Source: Prasinococcaceae sp. CCMP 1430
Lineage: Eukaryota; Plantae; Prasinodermophyta
Direction of reading: 5' to 3'
DNA: 64,000 bases
NCBI GenBank assembly: GCA_013416795.1
Contig: RQSC01000907.1
Location: 69,144-133,143, forward strand
The position numbers were made by a program, and so were the translations under genes. Below, piece by piece: positions 32,810 to 42,311 of the stretch (its first letter is position 1; each line of letters starts with the position of its first letter). The notes beneath the pieces were generated by a model. It worked only from the letters and a program-made list of their open reading frames with translations. It ran no database searches and was not told the DNA's origin.

Positions 32810-32946
32810 GTGTGGCGCGACTCGCCAGCGTGGCCCGCTGGCCCGCATATGTGTGTACAGTAACGATTGAAACAAACCCCGCAGTATGACGTACACGTGT
32901 ACAGTACAGTAGTATTAGTCGGGCGCTCGCGCGCACCACCGGCGCC

Positions 32947-34304
32947 TCATATCGAGCGCCCTTGCGTGGGCTTGGTGGCGAACACGCGGCAGCACGCACC
33001 ACAGAAGTAGCTGCTCACGCGCACGCCCTCGCAGCCCATCGCACGCAGCTCGGCGGCCACCGCGCTCGCGGGGCGCGTGCCCTGCACACTCGCGGCCAGG
33101 TACCTATAAGCCTTCTCCTCGGTGCCAAGACAGTGCGCTATCATGGGCACCACGCTGCCGAGCCACACCTGCGGAAACAGGGCGCGGCGGGCGTCAGACG
33201 GGCGCCCGTGCGTACTATCAGGGGGCGCGCGCCGCCGCAACCGCGCGAGGATGGGGTGGGGTGGGGGGGGGTCGGCGGGGGTGTGTAGTCAAGGGGCGCG
33301 GAGGGCATCGGGAGCCGCCGAATACCCATGGGAGGGATAGGATGGGATGTCTCTGAAGGCAGTGGGGAGTGGGGGGCGGGGGTTGAACGCACCCTGAGCA
33401 ACGCCGTCAAGATGCGCCCTATGACATCTCCCTCCTCTGGAGGGAAGGCATCGAGCAGGATGAGCGTCCCACCTGGCTTCAGCGCGGCCAGCATCTGCTC
33501 GTTGGCTTGCGTGGCATCGCTAAAGTTGCGCAAAGTGTACACTGTGACGACCGTGTCGTACGCGCCCATGCAGTCGCTGCCGACACAGGAGGAGAGATCG
33601 CCCACGTCCTTGGCGTCGGCGAGCGGCACGGCGCGAGGTGTCGGTGTGCGCGCGCGGTCGGCAGTCAGTGCGAGCGGGCGTTATCCTATCCATTCCCGTC
33701 CCCACCCAACCCTCCATGTGCTCGCTCGAGGGCGCGCGCGCTCGCACGCCACCGCGGCCTCGCCCACTCACCCCTCTGAGGTACCTGTTGCCTTCCTGCG
33801 TGTCGAGCTCCCTCGCGCGCTGCAGCATGAGTGGGGAGCAATCCATTGCGTCCACGCGCACACGCCTGTTCGGGTACCGCCAGTGCAGGAGCCGAGGCAC
33901 TGCGCCCGTGCCCGTGCCAACGTCGAGCACGCGCGCGCCGCGCGGCAGCGCGCTGCAGGAGGCGCGATGACGAGCGGTCCAGGGAAGCGAGGGGGGTCGG
34001 GGCGGGCGGGCAGGGGGAGGTCAGGATGGATCCGACGAGAGCGGCGCGAGCGGCGCGCGCCCTCGCCTGTGCCCGAGGACGACACGCAGGCCGGCCCTTA
34101 CCTAAGCGGAAGCATGGTGAGCGCCATCCACCTCCACACTGTGGTCTGGCCCAGGGAGAGCAACAGGTTCAGCGTGTCGTACTGCGCGGCGATGGCGTCA
34201 AACATGGCCGTCACGAAGCGCAGCTTGGGCGTGCCGCCCAGCTGGAAGCCTCCCGCAGGCGTCGCCGTCGTCCACGGCTCGGAGGCGGCGGCGGAGTCGG
34301 ACAT
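32947..34304 (-). CDS. UbiE/COQ5/MenG-family SAM-dependent methyltransferase
   Basis: Model: exons 34304..34102, 33952..33772, 33608..33393 and 33168..32947 (273 aa). Motifs are VTAMFDAIAAQYDTLNLLLSLG...WR, VLDVGTGTG, D-x-S-x-x-ML, YTLRNF, LKPGG and AYRYLAASV. Confidence 0.85.
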
Positions 34305-34741
34305 GATGGCGACGCGAGCGCGGGCAGCAACGAGCCCCTGGACAGAACGCGGCGGTGCCCGGCGCCCCCCCTGCGCCGCGGCGCGAACGACAGCACGCTC
34401 CGCTGTGGCGCACGCGCCAACTCCGAGTCCTCGTCCCGTCAGTCGGCCGGTTCGCCATGGGTCTCGGCTGCGCCTGATCTGGCGCGGCGCCACAGCGGCG
34501 CAGCGCGCGCGTCCCGCTGTCGTGCCAGGGGGGAGGGGGGCGGAGTCGGAAGGGGCGACGCCGCGGTGTGCAGTCGCGGGAGGGCGCGACAGGGGTGGGG
34601 AGACCGGGGCGTCGGCCGCAGCCTGCCGGCAGTGGAAGCGCGTCGGCGCGCCACGGACGCGCCAGGGGCGTCCACCGGAGCGCGCCGCGTCGGGCGGGTC
34701 GAGCGCGGCGCCCGGTGGCTGCGTGCGGCAGCGCGCTCGAG

Positions 34742-35414
34742 ATGGCCGCTGATGACGCCATCTTCGTGCGCGTGGCCGAGGACATGTCCTCGCTGCAGTG
34801 GCATGCCGACCGCGTGTCGTCTGCGCAGGCGGGCGCCGTCGCGACTTTCAGCGGCGTCACGCGCGACTCCTTCGAGGCCAAGACGGTCGTTCGCCTCGAG
34901 TACGAGGCGTACGTGCCCATGGCGGAGGCGAAGCTTCGCCAGATCGCAGAGGAGTGCGTCAAGAGGGGAGCGCTGAAGTGCGCCATCAGTCACAAGGTAC
35001 GCGTGCAGCTGCTCTCCGCCGGGCGCTTGGCGCGCCTCGGAAGGCCGCGCCACAGATGCTCCCTCGTGCAAAGCCGCTGGTGCTCGTGCGCCCGCTGCTC
35101 ACACGGCTCACGCGCGACGCGCGCGCGACCTCTCGCCGCCCGCGCGGCGGCGCGCCTCATCCCGTCGACGCCGTTGGCTGCGCCGCCAAGCTCGGGGTCG
35201 TGCCCGTCTCAGAGGCATCCGTCATCATCGCACTGAGCAGCGCGCACCGCAAGGAGGGCATCGAGGCACTGCACTGGGCCATCGACGAGCTCAAGGTACG
35301 GAGGCGAGGACTGACACTTCGATTGAGAGCCAGGAGTATGCCCGGTGGGGAAGGTGGGGGCGCAATGCTCGCATTTCCTCTGGTGGTCCACTGTGGCGAC
35401 GATGGCGGCGAGAA

Positions 35415-35448
<34 letters not shown>

Positions 35449-35701
35449 GCGGGGGGCGTGAAAGGCTGACGGGGAAAGGTCGGGGTTGGGGGAAGGGGGG
35501 GAGGGAGTGGGGGGGCAAGCGGAGGGAAGACGCGGAGCGCGCGCTCCAAGAGCTTCGAGCGCACCCTGTACGCGACACGCGCGCGCTGACAGATTGTGCT
35601 GCGCGCCACAGGCACGCGTCCCAATCTGGAAGAAGGAGTGCTACGAGGACGGCTCCGTGTGGAAGGAGAACGCCGAGCAGCGCCGGGACGAGAGGGAGTG
35701 A
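34742..35701 (+). CDS. MOCS2B: Molybdopterin synthase catalytic (large) subunit, MoaE/CNX6
   Basis: Model: exons 34742..34996, 35191..35295 and 35612..35701. Motifs are [50 protein letters not shown]|ARVPIWKKE and WKEN. Confidence 0.92.
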
Positions 35702-36027
35702 TGCATGGCGCGAGCGCGCTTCGGCAGGTCGCGCCGTGCACGCCTTCATCATCCCTCCTCTTGGAGAGTGAAAGGCGCGGGCGCGGAGAGCGGCGCGAGC
35801 GCGCGGCGCCGCCGCTCGCGCGCCGCGTACGGCGCCCTGCGAAGAAGGAATGAATGAGATGAGTTGCGAATCAGGGCGCCCACGCGCGCGCGCGCGCACG
35901 AGCAGAGGCGCCTCGTGCGGCCGATCGCAGCCAGTGGCGGGTGCGTCGCTTCTATTTCGGGGGCGTCGACGCGGAAGCGGAAGCCCCGGTTGGGCGGGCG
36001 CCGCCCGCGGCTCCTGAGCGCGGACGC

Positions 36028-38943
36028 CTACGTGCGAGCGGTCCCGCCGTCGCCCGGGCCGCCGCCCCCCTCGCGCGCGCCAGCGGCGGTCGGCTGTTTG
36101 TAGCCTCCCTGCAGCCAATGCCGGTCCACGCCGTGCTCGAGAGGAGCGCGCGCATCGCCGGTGCCATCGTGCTTGGCGGGGCGGCGCACCGGCGTGTTCC
36201 CGAGCTGGCGGACGTACGGGTTGGCCGCGTTCAGCTTGGCGGTCATGTGGGCGGGCAGCGCGAGCAGCATTTGCATTTCCTCGTGGGCGATGTCGACAGC
36301 GCCGGGGTCGGCCACGGCGTCGATGCCGTTCGTCGCCGCGAGGTAGGACGCCATCGCGCTGTCGGTGGCCTGCCTGGACTGCGCGGCGTCGCGCGAGCGC
36401 GCGAGCCGCGCCATCGGGCACGCCGTCATGTTTTCGAAGGGTCCGCGCTCGCCGGACATGGCCCACCACGCGAAGTTCATGCCGTCGGCGTTCGGATGGA
36501 ACGAGTGGCCGTCCATGTCTACGGGCACGTCGTCATCGTAGCGGTTCTGGCGCACCATTCGGTAGTCCTCGAAGAAGGACGCGCAGCGCGTGAGCCGCAG
36601 CGCGTCGAACACGACCTTCTCGGGGTCGTAGCCCAGCGCGGCGCGCACGTCGGCCAGCGAGTGGTCGCCGGGCATGAAGCGCCGCCAGCGGCGCGAGTAC
36701 GCCCTGAGATCGCCCGGCAGGCGAAACTGCGCCTTGTCGCCGTAGTTCGTGTGGAAGAACAGGGCGGACGACGCGTAGTCCAGCGCCGAGTGACCCTCCG
36801 CGAGCGCGGGCGCGTCGGGGTCGAACTGCACCATGGTGTTGCCGCGGAACATGCACGCGGACAGCTCGGGGCTCAGGCGCTGCGCAGGTATCATGCCCGC
36901 GACGATGCCCGCGTTCTGGGTGCCGGCGCTGCCCACCGGGGTGGGCGCCAGCGAGTAGCGCTTGCCCACCGTGGCGGCGCCCCACGCGAACGTCTCCTTG
37001 TCGCCCATGCCCATGAAGTCGGTGAGCAGCGGGTAGAACAGGTGCGGCTGCAGGTTGAAGAAGAGCGCCGCCAGCAGCGAGTCCCAGTGGCGCGACTTGT
37101 CGACGGCCACCTGCCCGCTCTCGTGCGTGACGGCCGGCGCCTCGTCCTCGCTGAGCCCCAGCACGCCCAGCAGGTCGGGCGCCCACGACGGCGCCCAGTA
37201 GTCGGGCCACAGGACCATGCCCGTCTCGGCGAAGGCCTCGCTCCCGAAGACGGCGCCCTCCGGGTCGCGGAGGGCAAAGTTGTCCGAGTCCAGCCACAGG
37301 AGCCTCTCGAAGCGGCTGAAGAGCATGGCTGCGGGCTTCATGGCGTACTTCCTGAAGGGCCCGCGCGTGATCGCGCCCTGGAGCTCCGCGTCCGGCGAGC
37401 GCGCCACCACCCCGAGCGCGAGCAGCTCGCGCTCGAAATCGGCGGTGAGCGCCTCCGCCTCGGGCACCCACAGCTCGACCGGCAGCTGGCAGCCCGAGCG
37501 GCGCAGCAGCGCTATGGACGCCACCGCGGGCGCCATCCACTTCAGGCCCCCGCCGCCCACCACCACGCCCGCGCCCTCGAACTTGCGCGCGGGGTAGGCC
37601 GGGGCGAGCGCCAGGAAGGATTCCAGCTGCGCGTTGGCGCGCTCCACGTCGGCGGTGTTCAGCCGCATGCCCTTGCTCACGAAGTCGAAGCCCTCGTCGC
37701 GGCGCATCGCCCACGGCGGCCGCACCTCGCCGAGGCCGCCCGCGGCCACGAAGGCCGCGTCGATCGCGCGCCACAGGCCGTGGAGCGACGCCTCCTCTCC
37801 GCCTGGCGAGCGAGCGCCCGCGCGAGGCGCCGGCTCGTCGTCCTCGGCGGCGCGCTCGAGCGCGTGCCGCCGCCGCTCGTCGCGGGCGGCCGCCGCGACG
37901 TCCAGCACGCGCGCCTCCAGCGCCTCCGTCATCTCCCATTCGAGCAGGTCGGGAAGGGCGGCCGAGAAGCTGAGGCCGGCGGCCGGGGGGGCGCGCCCCC
38001 CTTCCCTCCCGGGGGCGCCGCCGTGCGGCGAGCGCGCCGCGCAGGTGGCCGCCGGCGGGATCTGCATGGCGCGCGGCGCCTCGGCGGCCGCGCCCAGCCC
38101 GCCCCCGTCGAGCCCCGCGATGTACGCGTGGGTGCGCCGCAGGAGCGATCCCGAGGTGGCGTTGAGCTGCTGGCACTCGTGCTCGCACCGGAAGGGGCGA
38201 CGCGCGTTGGTGCACGTCATGGGCATCGCGACGGCGCCGCCCGAGCACTCGCAGTAGCCGCTGCCCTGCGTCACCATCTGCTGGCAGGTCAGGTCGGCCT
38301 CGGGGCGGCGCGCGCCGAGCGGCAGGCAGTCCGCGGTGCCGCGCCAGCCGAAGCACGAGCGGCGGGTCGGGTGGGAGGCCTCCGAGCGCATCCGCGTGAC
38401 GGTGGAGCGGATCGACGAGGTGCGCTCGACGTCGGTCCTTTCGACGTCGAAGGCGCCCGTGTGGTGCGAGACGGCGGGGCGGAGTTCTGAGGGGGGGCGT
38501 TCGGCATCGGTCCCTTCGACGTCGAAGGCGCCCGTGTGGTGCGAGACGGCGGGGCGGAGTTCTGAGGGGGGGGCTTCGGCATCTGTTCGTTCGACGTCGA
38601 AGGCGGCCGTGTGGTGCGAGACGGCGGGGCGGAGTTTTGAGGGGGAGGATTCGGCATCTGTTCGTTCGACGTCGAAGGCGCCCGTGTGGTGCTCCGTCGC
38701 TTGTTGGCGGTGCCTCTGGTTTCGCTGCCGCTGCTCTGGGAGGAGGAGGGTTTCTGCTGCTGCTTCGGCTCCTTCCTCACCGTAATGTTCTCCTTCCGAG
38801 GGGACTGTGGGGGGGGTGGCGAGCGCCGAGGGTCGCTGCTGCCGCTGCCGTGCGCGCTGCCGGGAGGACAGCGGCGCCTCGCTCGCCAGCGCCGCGCCGA
38901 CGGCGGCGCCGCCCACGGCGGAGGAGAACGACACCGACGCCAT
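36028..38943 (-). CDS. Alpha-mannosyltransferase-like glycosyltransferase (GT71, MNN2/MNN1 family) with N-terminal repeats and a Cys-rich module
   Basis: GVVVGGG, LRRSGCQLPVELW, KPAAMLFSRFERLLWLDSDN, LWPDYW, HESGQVAVDK, FFN and GDKETF are the characteristic Mannosyl_trans3 motifs. The ATG is at 38943. Confidence 0.8.
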   Translation of the reverse strand: MASVSFSSAVGGAAVGAALASEAPLSSRQRARQRQQRPSALATPPTVPSEGEHYGEEGAEAAAETLLLPEQRQRNQRHRQQATEHHTGAFDVERTDAESSPSKLRPAVSHHTAAFDVERTDAEAPPSELRPAVSHHTGAFDVEGTDAERPPSELRPAVSHHTGAFDVERTDVERTSSIRSTVTRMRSEASHPTRRSCFGWRGTADCLPLGARRPEADLTCQQMVTQGSGYCECSGGAVAMPMTCTNARRPFRCEHECQQLNATSGSLLRRTHAYIAGLDGGGLGAAAEAPRAMQIPPAATCAARSPHGGAPGREGGRAPPAAGLSFSAALPDLLEWEMTEALEARVLDVAAAARDERRRHALERAAEDDEPAPRAGARSPGGEEASLHGLWRAIDAAFVAAGGLGEVRPPWAMRRDEGFDFVSKGMRLNTADVERANAQLESFLALAPAYPARKFEGAGVVVGGGGLKWMAPAVASIALLRRSGCQLPVELWVPEAEALTADFERELLALGVVARSPDAELQGAITRGPFRKYAMKPAAMLFSRFERLLWLDSDNFALRDPEGAVFGSEAFAETGMVLWPDYWAPSWAPDLLGVLGLSEDEAPAVTHESGQVAVDKSRHWDSLLAALFFNLQPHLFYPLLTDFMGMGDKETFAWGAATVGKRYSLAPTPVGSAGTQNAGIVAGMIPAQRLSPELSACMFRGNTMVQFDPDAPALAEGHSALDYASSALFFHTNYGDKAQFRLPGDLRAYSRRWRRFMPGDHSLADVRAALGYDPEKVVFDALRLTRCASFFEDYRMVRQNRYDDDVPVDMDGHSFHPNADGMNFAWWAMSGERGPFENMTACPMARLARSRDAAQSRQATDSAMASYLAATNGIDAVADPGAVDIAHEEMQMLLALPAHMTAKLNAANPYVRQLGNTPVRRPAKHDGTGDARAPLEHGVDRHWLQGGYKQPTAAGAREGGGGPGDGGTART
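38431..38693 (-). repeat. Coding tandem repeat, 75-bp (25-aa) unit, about 3.5 copies
   Basis: GTCGAAGGC occurs at 38446, 38521, 38596 and 38671 (period 75). The unit encodes HHTGAFDVERTDAExxPSELRPAVS. Confidence 0.92.
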
Positions 38944-40418
38944 GGCTGGCGGGGGCGGGAGGTGCGCTCGGGTGGCGCACGGTTCGCGCGGTGTGCCCCT
39001 CACCGCCCACGCGCGCAGCCCGGCCCCTCAAACCCCCGCCACCGAAGGGGGGGGGCACTGGGCAGCAGTCCGACGGAGCACGCTCACAAATACCACTTCC
39101 GTGAAAAAGTGATATCAGAATACGTTCACTCTTCGGAACTGCGGGGACGGAACCGCCACGCGCCGCGCCGCGCGCCCGCCGCCGCAGATAGGATTCCCAA
39201 CTCTCCCTGCCGACTTTAGCGAATCCTGATCGGAACCTTCATATCATAATGCAATATAATAAATGGAATCCATTTAGGTGCGGTTGAGAGGGTTCCATCC
39301 CGCCACTGACGTGGCGACGCGACGCACGGGGAGGGCTGTGTGGGCGGGTGGGGATGGTTACGGAGGCGCCGCTTCCCCGAGCTCCTGCGCGGCTCCGGCC
39401 GGTCCGGGGAGTGGCTCGGCGACCCGAGCAGGAGTCCCGCGGGCGACGAGGCGGTGCTCGGGCTCGGCCCCGGGGTGGGAACGCCGGGAGGGAGAGGAGG
39501 GCTTTGCTCGGCGCCGCCACGCTCCCCCTTGCGGGCGGGCCTCAGACCGAGGGCGCGCCACGCGTGCGCGTGTGCAGACACCAGCGCAGACTCCACACGC
39601 TGCTGCCGCGCACGAGGCTCCGCGCCGCGCACCTACACGTGCATTCAAACCTCATTCGCAAACCCTGTCTCACACGTGCGTGCCTACGGACGGTAAACAA
39701 CCAACCACCTTGTACCCTAACCCTCGAATGGACCTGCGCCGGCTGCCCGTCCCTCTCCAATCAATGAACCCTACACCCCAACCTTTTCCGAGTACGAATT
39801 CAAAATGATATATCTCCGCTTGGTCAAGTTCCTACCCTAACCATCTCCGAGCCCGCGCGTTCAAAATGACGTGGGTGTTGCGCGCCTTTGTTCGGGGCCA
39901 TCAGCGGCGGGTGCGCGCGCCTGTTCGCGGCCGAGCGGGCGCGCGCCGAAGGGGCGCGCTGATGAGCGCGGGGATGGCGCCGGGCTGTGGGCGCGGAGCC
40001 AGCGCTGCGCCCGGCCGCGAGTGCGCGCGCGCTCGAGGACCGCTCGGGAGCGGTGCGCGCGTTCTTTCTTGGCGCGCGTGTGGCATGCGCGCGCCTCTGC
40101 CAGCGAGTTTGCTGGCCCGAGGCACACTCTCGCGGGGGCTGAGCGGGCAGCGCGCCAACCGCGCCCGGCCAAAGCGCGGCCAGTTGAGCCGCGGTGGCAG
40201 CGGCGCGGTGCCGCCAGCTGGCAGGAGCGGCGTGCGCCCGGCAGTCCTCTTGCTGACTGGCGCGCCTTCGCCATCAATGTGCGCGCCCCCTGCGCAAAAA
40301 AAGCTCGTCTAGGCAGAATCGTCAACGCCGCGCGGGTGGTTGCGCCCGATACCCCTGTCCGCGCCAGGCCGGGGGGCGCTGTCTGCCAGCACAGCTCGCC
40401 GCTCTTCGCGGCCGCACG

Positions 40419-41636
40419 ATGGCGGGCGTGCGCACGCGCGCGTCCAAGCGGCGCATCGATATGGAGGACACCTCGCGCGACGCGAGGAGCAAGAAGCGTC
40501 GCATCGAGGCGGAAGATGCACCTCGCGATGCGAAGGGCAAGTCGAAGGCCAAGCGCAAGCTCGAGTTCGGGGAAGGGGCCGAGCGTGCCGCGTGCGCTCC
40601 CACGTCGCTGCCGCGTGAGATAGCCGAAATGGTGCTCTGGAAGCTCGACGCCACCGACCTCGCGTCGCTCGCGGCAGTCGACAGGGGATGCCGCTCGCTC
40701 GCGGCGAACGAGCACATGTGGCAGCTGCACGTCGAGCACAAGTGGGGTGCCGCTTCGGCGCTCATGAAGCGCGCCGCCGCTCTCGCGGGCGGCTGGCAGC
40801 AGCTGTACGCCGCCAAGAGCGCGAGCGACGCTTACGGCGGCGACTGGACCATTCCGTCCCACTTTGAGACTGAGGCGCTGCTCGACGAACTCGTGGAGCC
40901 CGCGGTGACTGGCGACTGCGACTGCCTTGACGTGGTGTTCCTCCTCGACGGCTCCGGCAGCGTGAGCCACGACGACTTCGTCGCCATGACGGGCTTTGTG
41001 CAGGGCGCCGCGCGCGTGCTCACCGGCACGCGCGGCACTGGCGGAGGTGGCCGCAGCGGCGGCAGCGGTGGCGCCGATCGGCCACTCGTGTGCCCCGTCC
41101 AGACCGCAATCGTGCAGTTCTCGAACGACACCCAGGTGGAGTTGGAGCTCGGCCCGCACGACTTTGACACCATCCAAGAGGCAACGGTCGCGATGGAGCG
41201 CATGAGCGGAGGCACCAACATCGCGCAGCCACTCATGCTCGCTCAGACCATGATGGAGGACGAGTCTCGGCACCCGGCCTCGCTCGCACCCTCGCGCGCC
41301 GTCGTGCTGCTCACGGATGGCCGAGTGGATTCGTATTCGGCGCGCCAGTCCGTCGAGCGCGCGCAGACGATGGCGGGCAGCCTCAAAGGGCTGCGCCTGT
41401 ACACGCTCGGCGTCGGGAGGGGTGTGGATTGCTCCCACATGCTCGAGCTGGTCGCCGCCGGGGACGCGGCAGGCGCGTGCGCTGGCCCGTCGTCGCAGCA
41501 TCGCTCCTCAAACCCCTACCAGGACGCCATGCAACCGTGCTGGTCCCGCAAGAAGGAGCTCGAGGAGCACAAGTCCATGCTCATGAAGACGTGCAGGTAC
41601 CTGGCGCTCAGGACGCTCGACGACGTTCACTGGTGA
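40419..41636 (+). CDS. F-box plus von Willebrand factor A domain protein
   Basis: Basic NLS-like N-terminus (SKKRR, KAKRK), F-box LPREIAEMVLWKLDATDLASLAAVDRGCRSLA...W, and vWA with an intact MIDAS motif (LDVVFLLDGSGSV, GGTNIA, VLLTDG). Confidence 0.82.
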   Translation: MAGVRTRASKRRIDMEDTSRDARSKKRRIEAEDAPRDAKGKSKAKRKLEFGEGAERAACAPTSLPREIAEMVLWKLDATDLASLAAVDRGCRSLAANEHMWQLHVEHKWGAASALMKRAAALAGGWQQLYAAKSASDAYGGDWTIPSHFETEALLDELVEPAVTGDCDCLDVVFLLDGSGSVSHDDFVAMTGFVQGAARVLTGTRGTGGGGRSGGSGGADRPLVCPVQTAIVQFSNDTQVELELGPHDFDTIQEATVAMERMSGGTNIAQPLMLAQTMMEDESRHPASLAPSRAVVLLTDGRVDSYSARQSVERAQTMAGSLKGLRLYTLGVGRGVDCSHMLELVAAGDAAGACAGPSSQHRSSNPYQDAMQPCWSRKKELEEHKSMLMKTCRYLALRTLDDVHW

Positions 41637-42311
41637 CGCGACGCTGCGCGGAATGGACCAATCTCGCATGCGCACCGCATCCGTGACACCATTGATATCA
41701 TCGCCCCACCCCCACCCCACCCACCCCATCCCCCCACCCCCTTCCCCGCCCGCGGGCATCTGTGGGTGACCCCGTCGTACCCCAAGTACCAAACGCATCG
41801 AGGCATCAAGAAAAGCCACCGTCATGTCAGAGGCGAAGGACCGCCCCAAGAAGATTGGAGCGACAGAGAGAGAAGCGAGGACGTGCGCGAGAGAGGCCAG
41901 CTACAGACTGGCTGGCATCTCCACACTGTACATGATTCACTACGCGCGCAACTATTGTAGATTGCTTGCCGGGCGCGGGCCGCCCGAGGCACTGTATCGC
42001 CGTGGCAGGCACAGCTGTGAAATAACTTTTCCAAACCATCCTCATGGCAAGCGCGAGCGAGATGAGCGGCGCATTGGACTCGTCAGAGGCACGCGGTGTC
42101 TTTATCGAATGAGGTAGGTTTTCGAAGTTTACAAAAGCGCACATGTGGTACAGACATGTCATGGCGCGCGTCGCGCGCAGCATGGCGGGCGCGCCGCTCC
42201 AGCTGGAACAGCGGGCAGCCGCCGGTGCGCAACGGCCAGGGTTGAGAGCTCCGCGGGCCCACGGCGCGACGGTTGTCCGACAACGAGAACCTCAGTCGTC
42301 AAAGAGTGGAC

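Noticed and set aside
35941-38490. 849-aa plus-strand ORF
   Set aside because: It is the antisense mirror of the GT71 gene.
38431-38693. Possible CRISPR array
   Set aside because: The whole 75-bp unit is repeated with no unique spacers, it lies in frame within a eukaryotic CDS, and there are no cas genes.
38780-38820. Frameshift at the G8 run switching GT71 into the P/S/T-rich frame
   Set aside because: The annotated frame is open throughout, has GC3-rich codons within the repeats and joins the Cys module without a second shift.
39861-41501. 546-aa minus-strand ORF
   Set aside because: It is the antisense mirror of the F-box/vWA gene.
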